From: a virus
Lineage: Duplodnaviria > Caudoviricetes
Strand: one strand, 5' to 3'
IMG/VR virus record: IMGVR_UViG_3300025129_000005
DNA length: 64,000 bases
The position numbers and the translations under genes were made by a program. The notes beneath the pieces were generated by a model. It worked only from the letters and a program-made list of their open reading frames with translations, ran no database searches and was not told where the DNA came from. Positions 19,278-29,861 of this stretch are shown here, one piece after another (the first letter of the stretch is position 1; each line of letters begins with the position of its first letter).

Positions 19278-19737
19278 TCGATTTGAAGAAGCAACAACAG
19301 ATGTGATGGATAAGGTGCAACAAGTTATTCGTAATAAGTTCCCTCAGTTGAATGGTTGTCATATTGAGGTTGTAATGGATACAAAGAAGCGCAAGTCAGG
19401 TGGTAAATTCGTCTTGGTAAAACTTGATAAAACATCTCCTATTTTACGTCACATTTCTGCAACAAATGCAAACCCAGAAGGTGTGGATTATATTCTGTAT
19501 CTTGACAAGACAGTTTATGTTGAAATGAGTGATACTGATAAAGAGCGTATTATAGCACATGGTTTGTATCACGCGGATACCGATTTCGAGAAAGAAGTTC
19601 CTTATGGTATACGTAAACCTACCGTACAGACGTTTTATGAAGAAATCGCTGACAATCAAGACGATGCTCGTTGGGCGGAACGTCTCGATATAATGGCGGA
19701 GGGTATTTATGAAAGAGATGCAGAAGAATCAAATTAA
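19270..19737 (+). CDS. Putative phage metallopeptidase-family protein (HExxH degenerated to HGLYH)
   Basis: DYILYLDK..., ERIIAHGLYH. Confidence 0.55.
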   Translation: MSSRFEEATTDVMDKVQQVIRNKFPQLNGCHIEVVMDTKKRKSGGKFVLVKLDKTSPILRHISATNANPEGVDYILYLDKTVYVEMSDTDKERIIAHGLYHADTDFEKEVPYGIRKPTVQTFYEEIADNQDDARWAERLDIMAEGIYERDAEESN

Positions 19738-20227
19738 TCCTTATGAAGAGGAAGTTCCTCAGAAAACTTTTGATTCTGTTCCAGTAGCACCAGAAGATAT
19801 TGAAAAGTTGCAGGGATGTTTTTATTTCGATGACCTGTCAGGTGGACTCCAAAATGTTCAGGTTTCGGATGAAGAACTTGAGCGTCAAAATGAACAATGG
19901 GAATATGCGAAATCCTTTATAGATATGAGGGATTTGCGCAACGTTCCATGCTATCAAACCGATTTGGTAAGTTTTAAGTTAACCCCTGAACAATTGGTGG
20001 TATTGAAACAGTCCCTTGAAGTTCTTAGTCTTAATATGAGTGATGTTAATTATTTGAAATGTGAGTTAAAACATGAATCTCTCTACCAACAGCAATCATA
20101 TATTCGATTATTACATGATATTGTTGATAAGACCTTGGATGATTATGCATATAGTAGACCATATTCACCATTTTTGCCAAGTTGGTTAAAAAAAATAGGA
20201 AAATATGATGTGGAAAAGACTATTTAA
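19709..20227 (+). CDS. Hypothetical protein
   Basis: ORF track, within the operon. Confidence 0.55.
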   Translation: MKEMQKNQINPYEEEVPQKTFDSVPVAPEDIEKLQGCFYFDDLSGGLQNVQVSDEELERQNEQWEYAKSFIDMRDLRNVPCYQTDLVSFKLTPEQLVVLKQSLEVLSLNMSDVNYLKCELKHESLYQQQSYIRLLHDIVDKTLDDYAYSRPYSPFLPSWLKKIGKYDVEKTI

Positions 20228-20414
20228 TCGAAAATGTAATCACTTATGGTTGGAATATCGTAGAAAGTGGGTTGAATATATTCCTCATGAACAGAATCCA
20301 AAGTTTAACCGTGAAGGTGCTTATATATTATCGCATGTATATTGCGCGGAATGTGGTGAGGTTAGAGAGGTTGTGAATGATGGAAACCGGATTAAATTCA
20401 GAACAATTCCATAA
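20205..20414 (+). CDS. Small Zn-finger hypothetical protein
   Basis: CNH...CAECG. Confidence 0.5.
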   Translation: MMWKRLFNRKCNHLWLEYRRKWVEYIPHEQNPKFNREGAYILSHVYCAECGEVREVVNDGNRIKFRTIP

Positions 20415-20907
20415 TCTAATAGTAAAAAGTAGTGGTAATACTATGATTTGGGCACCAAGACAGTCAGGTAAAACTACGGCTTTGGTTAGAGAGTTTTTGA
20501 CTACACCCAATTCCCTTTTTTATACTGTAAATTATGGACAGAAAAGGAGTGTGGAACGAATTTGTTATGAGTTGGATGTGCCATTCAGACGAAACGATAT
20601 ACGTATTATGAATGAAGAATCTATAAGATCTTATAACACAAGAACATTTTTTATAGACGAAATTGATCATTATGATGGAGATTTATATAGGTTATTGGTA
20701 CCCATAAGCTTGACGAGTACGAGAATGATTGCTATATCTACTCCTCATCGACCAAGGTTGAAGGGAACTTACGCCAGTATATTTGAAAGTGAGTATAAAT
20801 TAAACCATGAAGGTCTGACCGATTGGAGATGCCCAGAATCGGATATAGTTATAACGATAAATGTGAATAACCATTTCGAAAGAGAAGGAGAATTATTTAG
20901 AATATGA
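20377..20907 (+). CDS. Small P-loop NTPase (SF2/terminase-like ATPase domain only)
   Basis: APRQSGKTT Walker A, FFIDEID Walker B, ISTP. Confidence 0.65.
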   Translation: MMETGLNSEQFHNLIVKSSGNTMIWAPRQSGKTTALVREFLTTPNSLFYTVNYGQKRSVERICYELDVPFRRNDIRIMNEESIRSYNTRTFFIDEIDHYDGDLYRLLVPISLTSTRMIAISTPHRPRLKGTYASIFESEYKLNHEGLTDWRCPESDIVITINVNNHFEREGELFRI

Positions 20908-21401
20908 GTGATTGTATAGCAAAAGACATATGTAATTGTGATAGAGATAGTAATGAAACATTACAATGTTTTGAGCATAGCAAACAACTGGCAACATCAG
21001 AACGTGAAAAACAGTGGTTAGAATTTTCAGAAAGGGTGGCAAAACACCTAAGAGAATATACAGTTCCACAGTATGGTGATGTTGGAGAAGATGAAATTAC
21101 CAACTATGCAGTCGAAGATTGTGTCAAACAGGTAGAAAAGTATGCCAAAAGGTATGGAAGCCAGTCGAGAGAAGGTCAACAAGAGTTGGATTTCGTTAAA
21201 ATGGCTCATTATACTCAGTGTGCGTGGGAGAAGTATGAGGAACCACTAACACCACATGAAACTGGTGAATACAATTTAAGAGTTTTTTACGTCAAACTTG
21301 ACGGTAAAGATGGATTTGAATATATGGGTATGGCAAAAGACCAGAACGGTAAAACAATTTATATCTATAGGGAGATCTTGACTTATGAGTACGGAGTTTG
21401 A
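20904..21401 (+). CDS. Hypothetical protein
   Basis: ORF track; YTVPQYGD...RYG motif. Confidence 0.6.
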   Translation: MSDCIAKDICNCDRDSNETLQCFEHSKQLATSEREKQWLEFSERVAKHLREYTVPQYGDVGEDEITNYAVEDCVKQVEKYAKRYGSQSREGQQELDFVKMAHYTQCAWEKYEEPLTPHETGEYNLRVFYVKLDGKDGFEYMGMAKDQNGKTIYIYREILTYEYGV

Positions 21402-21675
21402 AAGTATACTACAAGATTATTTCCATCGTGAAAACGTTGATGAGATGGAGTTTGAAAGGATTAATGATAAATTATGTCGCATTACCGCACATCTTAAAGG
21501 GGGTAATACATTTACCTACACAGATGATATTCATTGGGGTGTAACCTTATCGGATTTTTATGATACATTGGATCGTTTTACCAATGGAGTTTCGTATACT
21601 TTTAACAATTTTGATCCTCAAGATGAGATAGATCACTATCAAGAGAACTCAAGTAACTTTTACGGGGATTATTGA
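21385..21675 (+). CDS. Hypothetical protein
   Basis: ORF track. Confidence 0.55.
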   Translation: MSTEFESILQDYFHRENVDEMEFERINDKLCRITAHLKGGNTFTYTDDIHWGVTLSDFYDTLDRFTNGVSYTFNNFDPQDEIDHYQENSSNFYGDY

Positions 21676-21732
21676 TTTACATATATAGTATAAATGTGTA
21701 TTATAACATAAATAAAATGTGAGGTATGAAAT

Positions 21733-22809
21733 ATGTCAGATGTTTTTGAAGATATCAAAAAGAAACTCATGGATGCCAGTAAAGGCAAAAGAGTCATGGT
21801 TCTTTCTGAAAGTGAGGTTGCACAGATAAATACATGGCTGTTTACTCCAACATATGACCTGAATAGAATATTGTCGGGTTCTTTATATAAAGGTGTCGCT
21901 GAAAAGACACACACGCTTCTTGTGGGACCAGAGGCGTCAGGTAAATCATCATTTATGTGTTTGAACCTTGCCGCAGCACAGAAGCTTGGATATACCCCCA
22001 TCATCATTAATGCGGAAGGTGCATGGACAGCGGAGTTCGTTTCGCGTTGGGGTCTTGATGCAACTAAGGCTATGGTTATTAACTCTTCCAGTGTTGAGGA
22101 TATTCACCGTGATCTTGCCAATATTAAATCAGAAGGGTTCACAAAACTCGCCATTGCTTTGGATTCCATAGGAGCATTGAGTTCTAACAAGGTCGTAGAT
22201 GATGCAGACAAGGGTGATATTAAAGCCGACCAAGGTTCCTTGCAGAAGAAAATCAAAGCCATGATGAAGACAATGGTTGATATTGTTAAATTCCAAGACA
22301 GTATCGCTTTTTCTGCTGGTCATTATTACGGCAATCCAAGTGGTTATGGTGACCCTGAACAGATTGGTGGCGGTAAGTATCCGAGACTTGCTGCAGACTA
22401 TATTATAACCCTAAAGAAATTCCTTTTATATGAAAATCCAAACGCAAAGGCCGCTGCGCGTGGAGCAGTTTTGGGTACGGAGATTCATGCCGCAACTATC
22501 AAAAACCGTTTTGCACCCCCATTCCAAGAAGCATTATTTGAAATAAACTACCAGAATGGTGTTAATAAAATGGCAGGTATCGTGTCCGTTGCTACTGAAA
22601 TGGGTCTGATCGAGAAGGGTGGGTCGTGGTATACAATTCCGTGTATGGATATTAAGGCACAAGGCGAAGGTAAACTATACGAAGCAATCCTTCAACAAGA
22701 CCCAAAACCTTTGTTGGAGGGTATAGAAAACGTGTTAAAAACAAAGGGTTATAGTACACAGAATGCACAACTTGAAGACGAATTAGGTAGTAGTGAGCCA
22801 ATAGAATAA
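21733..22809 (+). CDS. uvsX: RecA-like recombinase (T4 UvsX)
   Basis: DLNRILSG, GPEASGKS Walker A, ALDSIGAL, IGGG, KNRFAPPF, GSWY. Confidence 0.9.
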   Translation: MSDVFEDIKKKLMDASKGKRVMVLSESEVAQINTWLFTPTYDLNRILSGSLYKGVAEKTHTLLVGPEASGKSSFMCLNLAAAQKLGYTPIIINAEGAWTAEFVSRWGLDATKAMVINSSSVEDIHRDLANIKSEGFTKLAIALDSIGALSSNKVVDDADKGDIKADQGSLQKKIKAMMKTMVDIVKFQDSIAFSAGHYYGNPSGYGDPEQIGGGKYPRLAADYIITLKKFLLYENPNAKAAARGAVLGTEIHAATIKNRFAPPFQEALFEINYQNGVNKMAGIVSVATEMGLIEKGGSWYTIPCMDIKAQGEGKLYEAILQQDPKPLLEGIENVLKTKGYSTQNAQLEDELGSSEPIE

Positions 22810-22979
22810 TCCGAGTGGATTAAGGAGGTAATATATGGCTCAATTTAAAATGATAAAAGAGGAAGAACAAAAAGAGAAGTTGTTGGAAGAGTTATACACT
22901 TTGAATGATGAGTATAATCAATTTGTTAAAAAGATGGATAAGAGGTTAGATTTAATTATAAGCAAAACGGAGAATTTAA

Positions 22980-23195
22980 ATGAGATCGATGATTTTCAGT
23001 GAATTAATTGAAATTCGAGATTTAACGAAATATAAATTAAATCCGGGGGATAGATTTCTTACTGGAAATAGCATCTTATCCCAAAAAGATTCAAAGAAAG
23101 TTGGTGATTTAATTACATATTATTTGGTTACTGATGTTAATGATGAGACGGGTGTTGTTAATTACAGACCTGTATATGAAAAACTGGAGGAATAA
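22980..23195 (+). CDS. Hypothetical protein
   Basis: ORF track. Confidence 0.5.
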   Translation: MRSMIFSELIEIRDLTKYKLNPGDRFLTGNSILSQKDSKKVGDLITYYLVTDVNDETGVVNYRPVYEKLEE

Positions 23196-23196
23196 A

Positions 23197-23538
23197 ATGC
23201 AAGTATTTGTGGTAAACTATGAGACTGATGATTCAACTTATAAGTTATATTTGTTAGGTAAGGATCAAGCTGATGCGATGACGTATGTGAAAATGAGGGT
23301 AGGCAATCTACCGGGATATAGGATGAATAATTTTGAAAGCCGTGAGGAGATTCACGCTGTAACCCCTCAACTCCTTGAAATGTTAACTCCACCACCACCA
23401 GAAGAAAAAGTTGTTCATAAGATGTTGTGTCCGTGGTGTGGTGCTGATCATTACGAAACTTTACATGCATTAAAGATGCATATTTGTAAAAACCATGCAA
23501 CTTCAAATAAGGATAATCCGAAAAAAAAGGAAAAATAA
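23197..23538 (+). CDS. Hypothetical protein with C-terminal C2H2-like zinc finger
   Basis: CPWC...LKMHICKNH; SD GGAGG. Confidence 0.6.
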   Translation: MQVFVVNYETDDSTYKLYLLGKDQADAMTYVKMRVGNLPGYRMNNFESREEIHAVTPQLLEMLTPPPPEEKVVHKMLCPWCGADHYETLHALKMHICKNHATSNKDNPKKKEK

Positions 23539-24380
23539 TGAACATAGCGGTGAACAATATTGATGATGGGTTGACTGTTGAGTTATCAAAAATATGTGAT
23601 GTTGTTGACGTTGTTGACAAACCTAAAGGTGTATTTATACAATGGTCCACCCCTGACAATAAAAGTCTATTCGTCAGACAGACCAATATGATAGAGAAGT
23701 GCATTAAGAATAAATTACCCATGATCATATTTGATGGAGACCAGAAGATTAGTCCTGATGAAGCTAGTTTTCTGGTGTCCGAGGGCGCATTTTTATGGGA
23801 ATCATCCGTTAGTGATAGAATGTTTTTTTCATACCAGCCTGTATGGGGTGAAATAAAAACTCCTGATAAAATACCGTTGATAGATAAGCCAACTGGTGTT
23901 GATTTAGTGTATATGTCACCTTTGACAAAAAAGTTATCTACATTTAAAAGATACTATCAACCAATGTCAGAGTTGGGTGGATATGATGTTTTGTTTTTTG
24001 ATTCAGTTGGAAATCAGACAATCAATCGAAAAGTTGAGGAGATGGGTATTAATATCACATCAGAATCAATAAACTTTGATATTAAGTCACTGATACTACT
24101 TGGAACCGATCATGAATATCAAACAGGTAGACTTGATCCCTATCTATTCAATTATCTGGAAAGTGGTATTTTACCGTTGTTACCGATAGAACATAGATGG
24201 TATCATTCGGTATTTGATGGTATGGTGGTGGGTACCGATTTTGATGTGGAATATATATTGAAGACATGGGATAAGATATCTTTTGGTTCTATATGTGATA
24301 TATATAAAAATTTGGATATATATCTCCCTGAATGTAATGTTAAGAATGTAGCAAAAAGAATAGTTAATTACTTTTCATGA
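23538..24380 (+). CDS. Hypothetical protein
   Basis: 280-aa coupled ORF. Confidence 0.6.
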   Translation: MNIAVNNIDDGLTVELSKICDVVDVVDKPKGVFIQWSTPDNKSLFVRQTNMIEKCIKNKLPMIIFDGDQKISPDEASFLVSEGAFLWESSVSDRMFFSYQPVWGEIKTPDKIPLIDKPTGVDLVYMSPLTKKLSTFKRYYQPMSELGGYDVLFFDSVGNQTINRKVEEMGINITSESINFDIKSLILLGTDHEYQTGRLDPYLFNYLESGILPLLPIEHRWYHSVFDGMVVGTDFDVEYILKTWDKISFGSICDIYKNLDIYLPECNVKNVAKRIVNYFS

Positions 24381-24423
24381 GAGATGCGTTAGAATTATTA
24401 CCATGTAAAATATGAGGAGATGT

Positions 24424-24732
24424 ATGAAGTTTGAAATAACCAAGAATGGTACTGGTATTATTAGGATAAACAAAGATACATATCTATCATTCGGTTCAAA
24501 TGACAATATAAAAATGGTGTTGATTCGATATAATAATGGTCATAACATTGAGAGTAAATTTTTTCCTATCTCGATGCTAAAGCTTCCCAGAATGACAACT
24601 AAATCTATAGGTCTTAAAAATATTAAAATAATTCGGGATTTAGTGAGAGATAAGTTGGTGGATGGTGTGTTACCCCTAAAGGCTGTATCATTAATAGGCG
24701 AATCTATTAATAAAAAAAGCGACTCTCAATAA
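24424..24732 (+). CDS. Hypothetical protein
   Basis: SD GAGGAG before the ATG. Confidence 0.55.
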   Translation: MKFEITKNGTGIIRINKDTYLSFGSNDNIKMVLIRYNNGHNIESKFFPISMLKLPRMTTKSIGLKNIKIIRDLVRDKLVDGVLPLKAVSLIGESINKKSDSQ

Positions 24733-24906
24733 ATTTACCTTGCATCCCTGATCGAATTTTGGTATATTAAATCGTAACCGATTGACGAAAGGAAAAAATC
24801 ATGGGATACCGTTCTGACGACTTAAAACGACCATCATACGTTCCTCGTAAGCAACAAGATTTCCTTGTCATTAAACCTAATAAAATCAAGAAAGGTTCTC
24901 CGAAAA

Positions 24907-25143
24907 ATGATCAAGTATAAAAGGAATCCCAAATATATTGAAATATATTCATCGGGATCCCTTGATGATGCAAATGTTTTGTTGGATATTGCTCAAAAAA
25001 TAGGCAGACAAATTGGTTTTGACAGGGATGATATTAATCTTATTCTTGATGAGATGAAATCTGGTGATCATGAGAATCTAGTTCAAATTTTTAATGATCA
25101 TTTTGAGGATTATTTTTGTAATTGTGTTGTTATATATCGTTGA
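24907..25143 (+). CDS. Hypothetical protein
   Basis: MIKYKRNP start; ORF track. Confidence 0.5.
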   Translation: MIKYKRNPKYIEIYSSGSLDDANVLLDIAQKIGRQIGFDRDDINLILDEMKSGDHENLVQIFNDHFEDYFCNCVVIYR

Positions 25144-25151
25144 TTTTTTTG

Positions 25152-25180
25152 TTGACAACGTGCATTCTCACTGTTAGGAT
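25152..25180 (+). promoter_or_regulatory. Sigma70-type promoter of clpB
   Basis: TTGACA-17-TAGGAT with extended TG. Confidence 0.65.
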
Positions 25181-25216
25181 AAATTTCATTGTTAATTGAA
25201 ACGAAAGGGAATTATT

Positions 25217-27460
25217 ATGGTTTGGTCCACAAATATTGAGAATGAAAGAACTTTTGATAATAATTTTATTGGTCGATTGTCAGGTGATCAACGACAAGTA
25301 TCAAGACCTGATCATTTCCGTGTAGAGGTGGCTGATGCCCCTGTAGATGATCGTCTTATCAATGATAATATGTTGATTTTTGGGCGTGATCTTGTCGAAG
25401 AATCCCGTCAAGGTCATCTTGATCCGGTTATCGGTCGTGATGATGAAATCCGCCGTATGATTCGCATTCTATCTCGCAAAACAAAAAACAACCCTGTCCT
25501 CATTGGTGAGCCGGGTGTTGGTAAAACTTCCGTTGTTGAGGGTCTGGCACAACGTATTGTTTCTGGTGATGTTCCTGATGGTCTAAAAGAAAAGGTTATT
25601 TATTCTTTAGATCTTGGTTCTCTCATGGCAGGAACTAAACACCAAGGTGAACTCGAGGAACGGGTGAAATTTGTCCTTGATGCGGTTCGTGAGCGTGAGG
25701 GCAAAGTCATGTTGTTTATTGATGAAATTCACAACATGGTTGGTATGGGTTCCTCTAATGGCGTTGACTTTGGTAACATGCTGAAACCCATGCTGGCTCG
25801 TGGCGAACTCCGTTGTATTGGCGCTACTACTTTGGATGAGTATCGTACCGGGGTAGAAAAAGACGCCGCTTTATCTAGGCGTTTTCAGACTATTTTGGTC
25901 GATCAGCCTAATGTCGATGATACTGTTAGCATTCTTCGGGGGTTGAAAGAGACTTATGAGATTTATCATGGGGTCACGGTTCGAGATAACGCTTTGATTG
26001 CGGCCGCCAAACTAAGCCATCGATACATTAGTGATCGTTTTCTCCCTGATAAAGCTATTGATCTTGTGGATGAGGCATGTGCCCAAGTTCGAACTGAACT
26101 TGATTCCTCTCCAGCAGAACTTGATGGTGTGACTCGTAGAATTCAACAACTTACCATCGAAGAAAAATCTTTAATGAAAGAAGACGATGGTTTGTCTGTT
26201 GTTCGTCTTGGCAAAATTCGTGAAGAAAGAGATCTTTTGTTAATCGAACAAAAAATTCTTCAAGATCAATGGAGTGAAGAAAAAGATAACATTAAAAATC
26301 TGGTCGAACTTCGCTCTAAATTGGAAACCGCTCGTAAAGAGTTGGAAACTTGTGAACGTCTTAATCAATTAGATCGAGCCAGTGAATTGAAGTATGAAAT
26401 TATTGTTCAGATAGAATTCGAACTACACAACTACATCAAAAACATCGGTGATATGAGTATTCTTCATGATTCTATTGATGAGGCTGAAATTGCTAAAGTA
26501 ATTAGCCGTTGGACTGGAATTCCTGTAGATCGTATGACTGAGGATCAGAGTTCTAAAATCCTCAATCTCGATGTTGAATTACATAAACGTCTCGTGGGTC
26601 AGGATGAAGCTGTGCAATTGGTTAGTGAAGCTATGATTCGCAGTCGTAGTGGGATTAAAGACCCTAACCGTCCCATTGGTTCTTTCATTTTTCTTGGACC
26701 AACAGGGGTCGGTAAGACTGAATTGGCTAAAGCACTTACCGAAGTTATGTTCGATACTGAGCAGAATATCATCCGTATTGATATGTCTGAGTATATGGAA
26801 AAACATAGTGTTTCCCGTATGATTGGTGCCCCTCCGGGTTACGTCGGATTTGATGATGGGGGTCAATTGACTGAGAAGGTTCGTAGAAAACCGTTCAGTG
26901 TCATTCTTTTTGATGAAATTGAAAAGGCTCACCCTGATGTTTTTAATGTTCTTCTTCAAGTTCTGGATGATGGTCGTATTACTGATGGTCAAGGTCGCAC
27001 TGTTGATTTTAAAAATACTGTTATTATCATGACAAGCAATATTGGAAGTCAACATTTGCTTACAGGAATTGACGGTTGGGGTGAGATTAAAGATTCTACT
27101 CGTAATCGGGTATTTGAAGACCTTAAAAGGGGGTTTCGACCTGAATTTCTGAACCGTGTTGATGATATTATTTTGTTCAAACCTTTAACTAAAGATAATG
27201 TCAAGATTATCGTTGGATTTCTTCTGAGTGATATTCGTAAGCGTTTGGAAGATCGACAAATCAAACTGGAAATCACCGATGAGGCTAAAAATTATGTAGC
27301 AGATGTTGCGTATGACCCTATCTACGGGGCAAGACCTCTCAAACGGTATTTGAGTGGCACTCTCGAAACTCAGATCGGTAAAGCCCTTCTTAGTGGCCAA
27401 ATTAAAAACGGTGATACTATCACTGTAACCGCTGATCAGAACGGTCTGATTGTTCAATAA
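25217..27460 (+). CDS. clpB: ClpB Hsp100 disaggregase lacking the canonical N-terminal Clp domain
   Basis: [28 protein letters not shown]-domain coiled coil, [50 protein letters not shown]. Confidence 0.93.
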   Translation: MVWSTNIENERTFDNNFIGRLSGDQRQVSRPDHFRVEVADAPVDDRLINDNMLIFGRDLVEESRQGHLDPVIGRDDEIRRMIRILSRKTKNNPVLIGEPGVGKTSVVEGLAQRIVSGDVPDGLKEKVIYSLDLGSLMAGTKHQGELEERVKFVLDAVREREGKVMLFIDEIHNMVGMGSSNGVDFGNMLKPMLARGELRCIGATTLDEYRTGVEKDAALSRRFQTILVDQPNVDDTVSILRGLKETYEIYHGVTVRDNALIAAAKLSHRYISDRFLPDKAIDLVDEACAQVRTELDSSPAELDGVTRRIQQLTIEEKSLMKEDDGLSVVRLGKIREERDLLLIEQKILQDQWSEEKDNIKNLVELRSKLETARKELETCERLNQLDRASELKYEIIVQIEFELHNYIKNIGDMSILHDSIDEAEIAKVISRWTGIPVDRMTEDQSSKILNLDVELHKRLVGQDEAVQLVSEAMIRSRSGIKDPNRPIGSFIFLGPTGVGKTELAKALTEVMFDTEQNIIRIDMSEYMEKHSVSRMIGAPPGYVGFDDGGQLTEKVRRKPFSVILFDEIEKAHPDVFNVLLQVLDDGRITDGQGRTVDFKNTVIIMTSNIGSQHLLTGIDGWGEIKDSTRNRVFEDLKRGFRPEFLNRVDDIILFKPLTKDNVKIIVGFLLSDIRKRLEDRQIKLEITDEAKNYVADVAYDPIYGARPLKRYLSGTLETQIGKALLSGQIKNGDTITVTADQNGLIVQ

Positions 27461-27496
27461 AAGTAAGGGGTGACCAGAAGGTCACCCCTTACTTTT
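27461..27496 (+). terminator. Intrinsic terminator after clpB
   Basis: AAGTAAGGGGTGACC/GGTCACCCCTTACTT hairpin plus T run. Confidence 0.85.
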
Positions 27497-27510
27497 ACAA
27501 GGAGAAAAAC

Positions 27511-27759
27511 ATGGAACCCAAATCATTCGAAGTAGTTACACCGTCACCATATTTTAAGATTACTTTTGGTTGTGGTAACCGAGCGTTCTATAAGGATGGA
27601 TATATCGACGAAACTTGTGATTACGAGGGTGACTTGGAAGAAATTCTTATATACAATCAGGAAAGAGCCGAACTCCTTATTAAAAAGGTTTTAGAGTTTT
27701 ATGGCGTACCCGAAACGGATCTACCAGAAAATATGAACGTTGCTTTGACAATTTATTGA
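27511..27759 (+). CDS. Hypothetical protein
   Basis: SD AAGGAG. Confidence 0.6.
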   Translation: MEPKSFEVVTPSPYFKITFGCGNRAFYKDGYIDETCDYEGDLEEILIYNQERAELLIKKVLEFYGVPETDLPENMNVALTIY

Positions 27760-27775
27760 TAAAGGGGTATTAAAA

Positions 27776-28258
27776 ATGGTAGGAATTAGAAGTCGTGGAA
27801 TGGGCGGGGGTCAATGGACTGACCATGAAGATTTGGATCTATCGAAACCTTTGACAATTATTTGTCATGAAGGGAATCTTCAAGTTGACGTAACTGATGC
27901 AATTGAAATCAATTTTGATTACACTCGTTATCATGGTAATCGTGTTGTAAAAATTGATCCTGTGGCGAATGCATGGATTGAATATATACTTGGGTATCAG
28001 ATTGAGCGTGATCTACAGCCACAAGACCGTCCAGACTCTATGGCACATGTTATTGGTTTATGTGACCTTCCGATTAAGTTGATGCAGAAGGCTGGTCAGG
28101 GGTTGCCAATTTTCATTAGAGAACCAGAAGTATCACTTCATCCAAGTCAACAGAGACGTGTTTCGGACTTTTTATCCGCAATTTCTCAACATACTGATAA
28201 TGCAACTGGAAGTTTCACTGAACTACCAAGAGGCTATAAAAATGGTTGGAGTGTATAA
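27776..28258 (+). CDS. Hypothetical protein with an ABC/AAA_21-like EPExxLHP..Q motif
   Basis: IFIREPEVSLHPSQQ; no Walker A. Confidence 0.55.
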   Translation: MVGIRSRGMGGGQWTDHEDLDLSKPLTIICHEGNLQVDVTDAIEINFDYTRYHGNRVVKIDPVANAWIEYILGYQIERDLQPQDRPDSMAHVIGLCDLPIKLMQKAGQGLPIFIREPEVSLHPSQQRRVSDFLSAISQHTDNATGSFTELPRGYKNGWSV

Positions 28259-28266
28259 TAAAATCC

Positions 28267-28295
28267 TTGACACTCACCCCATATTTGGATAGTAT
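28267..28295 (+). promoter_or_regulatory. Sigma70-type promoter
   Basis: TTGACA-17-TAGTAT. Confidence 0.6.
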
Positions 28296-28327
28296 GGGGT
28301 TATCTCGTTCTACAAAAGGAAAATGTT

Positions 28328-28600
28328 ATGGCGAAACTATTTAAAAACCTCACCCTCAAAGAACAATACAAAATGTATTTTGAGTCTGTCCGTGGTGCTA
28401 AAGAAATTCCTTCCAAAAACAAATATTCTGTGTTAGAATGGGTTACGTCAAAAGGCGATAAAAAGTACATTCTTTTGGGGTCTTCTGGATCAGTAAGGGC
28501 TAATTCCAAACCAGTTGTCGCCAATTCATTCTCTATCGCAAGTAATGCGTTAAAAGATGATGTTAAAAAATGGGCAATCGACAAAGGTTATGAACTTTAA
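28328..28600 (+). CDS. Hypothetical protein
   Basis: SD AAGGA. Confidence 0.6.
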   Translation: MAKLFKNLTLKEQYKMYFESVRGAKEIPSKNKYSVLEWVTSKGDKKYILLGSSGSVRANSKPVVANSFSIASNALKDDVKKWAIDKGYEL

Positions 28601-28618
28601 TTAATAGGAGATATAAAA

Positions 28619-29473
28619 ATGCAGTTTCTTAATCAATTGAATCCTTTTTACCCTGTAATCCGAAATAAACTTTTCACCCCTTTCACCTATGAAGGTGACG
28701 AAACTCCTACAGATTTGTATGTTGACCGTGATGCACTGTTGAATGGTGAAAACGGTAAAGTTCTTGGTACTGTTGGTCCTCACTACAAACTTATGTTGAA
28801 CGAAGAGGTTTTTGATATTTTCTCAGAAGCCTTTGCCGATCTTCCGATTGAATCAGTTTGTGACCACCTGAACTGGAAACAGAACCGTTGGCAACGTGAT
28901 TTTATCCTCGATGGTGATCAGTTCAATATGTCAATTGGCGATGAAATTATTAAAACCAAGGTTTCAATTTTCAACGGGTACGATGGTAAATCCAGTGTAG
29001 GTTTCACTGTTGCCGCATACCGTGATAACGGAAATGTTACTTTCTTGAACAATATGTTCACTCAGACCTATTCGCACGTTCAACGCGGTCTGGTTGCCCG
29101 TATCCGTGAAGACTTTGCAGCAAAACTTGAACTTTTCCGTCAAACCGCTGAAATGTTTCGCCGTTTTGATCAAGAGGTGTTTACGGGTGAGCAATTTGAG
29201 TCTTTTGTTAATGGCCTGGTCGATGAAAGTGGTGGTCGCAATGGCTATTTGTCCGAAAATCAGGCGCGGTTAATTATCAACTCTTATAATCAACTATTTA
29301 CTCGTCTCGGAGTTCGACAAACGCGCTTCGGTGCATATACGGTTCTTTCGGCAATCGCATCCGAACGACCGGGACGCGGTAACAGTTCTCCTATTTTCAC
29401 GGCCGCTCACAAACGTATCGAAAAAGTTGTCGATGATTTCTTTTCTGATGCCGGAGATTTGTTCATCATCTAA
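28619..29473 (+). CDS. DUF932-like protein
   Basis: LGTVGPHYKLMLNEEVF, IFNGYDGKSSV pattern. Confidence 0.65.
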   Translation: MQFLNQLNPFYPVIRNKLFTPFTYEGDETPTDLYVDRDALLNGENGKVLGTVGPHYKLMLNEEVFDIFSEAFADLPIESVCDHLNWKQNRWQRDFILDGDQFNMSIGDEIIKTKVSIFNGYDGKSSVGFTVAAYRDNGNVTFLNNMFTQTYSHVQRGLVARIREDFAAKLELFRQTAEMFRRFDQEVFTGEQFESFVNGLVDESGGRNGYLSENQARLIINSYNQLFTRLGVRQTRFGAYTVLSAIASERPGRGNSSPIFTAAHKRIEKVVDDFFSDAGDLFII

Positions 29474-29480
29474 ATCAAAT

Positions 29481-29507
29481 AAAGGGGGTGGCTTATGTCA
29501 CCCCTTT
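29481..29507 (+). terminator. Intrinsic terminator
   Basis: AAAGGGGGTG/CACCCCTTT hairpin. Confidence 0.65.
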
Positions 29508-29522
29508 CTATAGGGGTTTATA

Positions 29523-29819
29523 ATGTCGTATATACCAAGATGTGTAAAATGTGGTAGTGATAAGATTGATATGATGGTTGATATCACCATTGTTTTACCT
29601 GCTAAATACCAAAGTCAACTGACCAAGAAAGTTCTGTATTCAAAAGAGTGTGAAGTATGGGGTGCGAATTGGGAAAGAGCGTCATACTTCTGTAAGAACC
29701 CTGAATGCGGTCACAATCGTCTTGCACCAAACCCGAAATGGGTAGAAAGTATGAAGGAACTTGAAGAGGAAAATCGTCAGTTAAAACAGCAACTTGAATT
29801 GATTAGTGGTTATAATTAA
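29523..29819 (+). CDS. Zn-finger hypothetical protein
   Basis: CVKC...CKNPEC. Confidence 0.55.
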   Translation: MSYIPRCVKCGSDKIDMMVDITIVLPAKYQSQLTKKVLYSKECEVWGANWERASYFCKNPECGHNRLAPNPKWVESMKELEEENRQLKQQLELISGYN

Positions 29820-29861
29820 CACAAATTAATATTTTTTTTTTGCAAAAAAAATGAAATTTTT

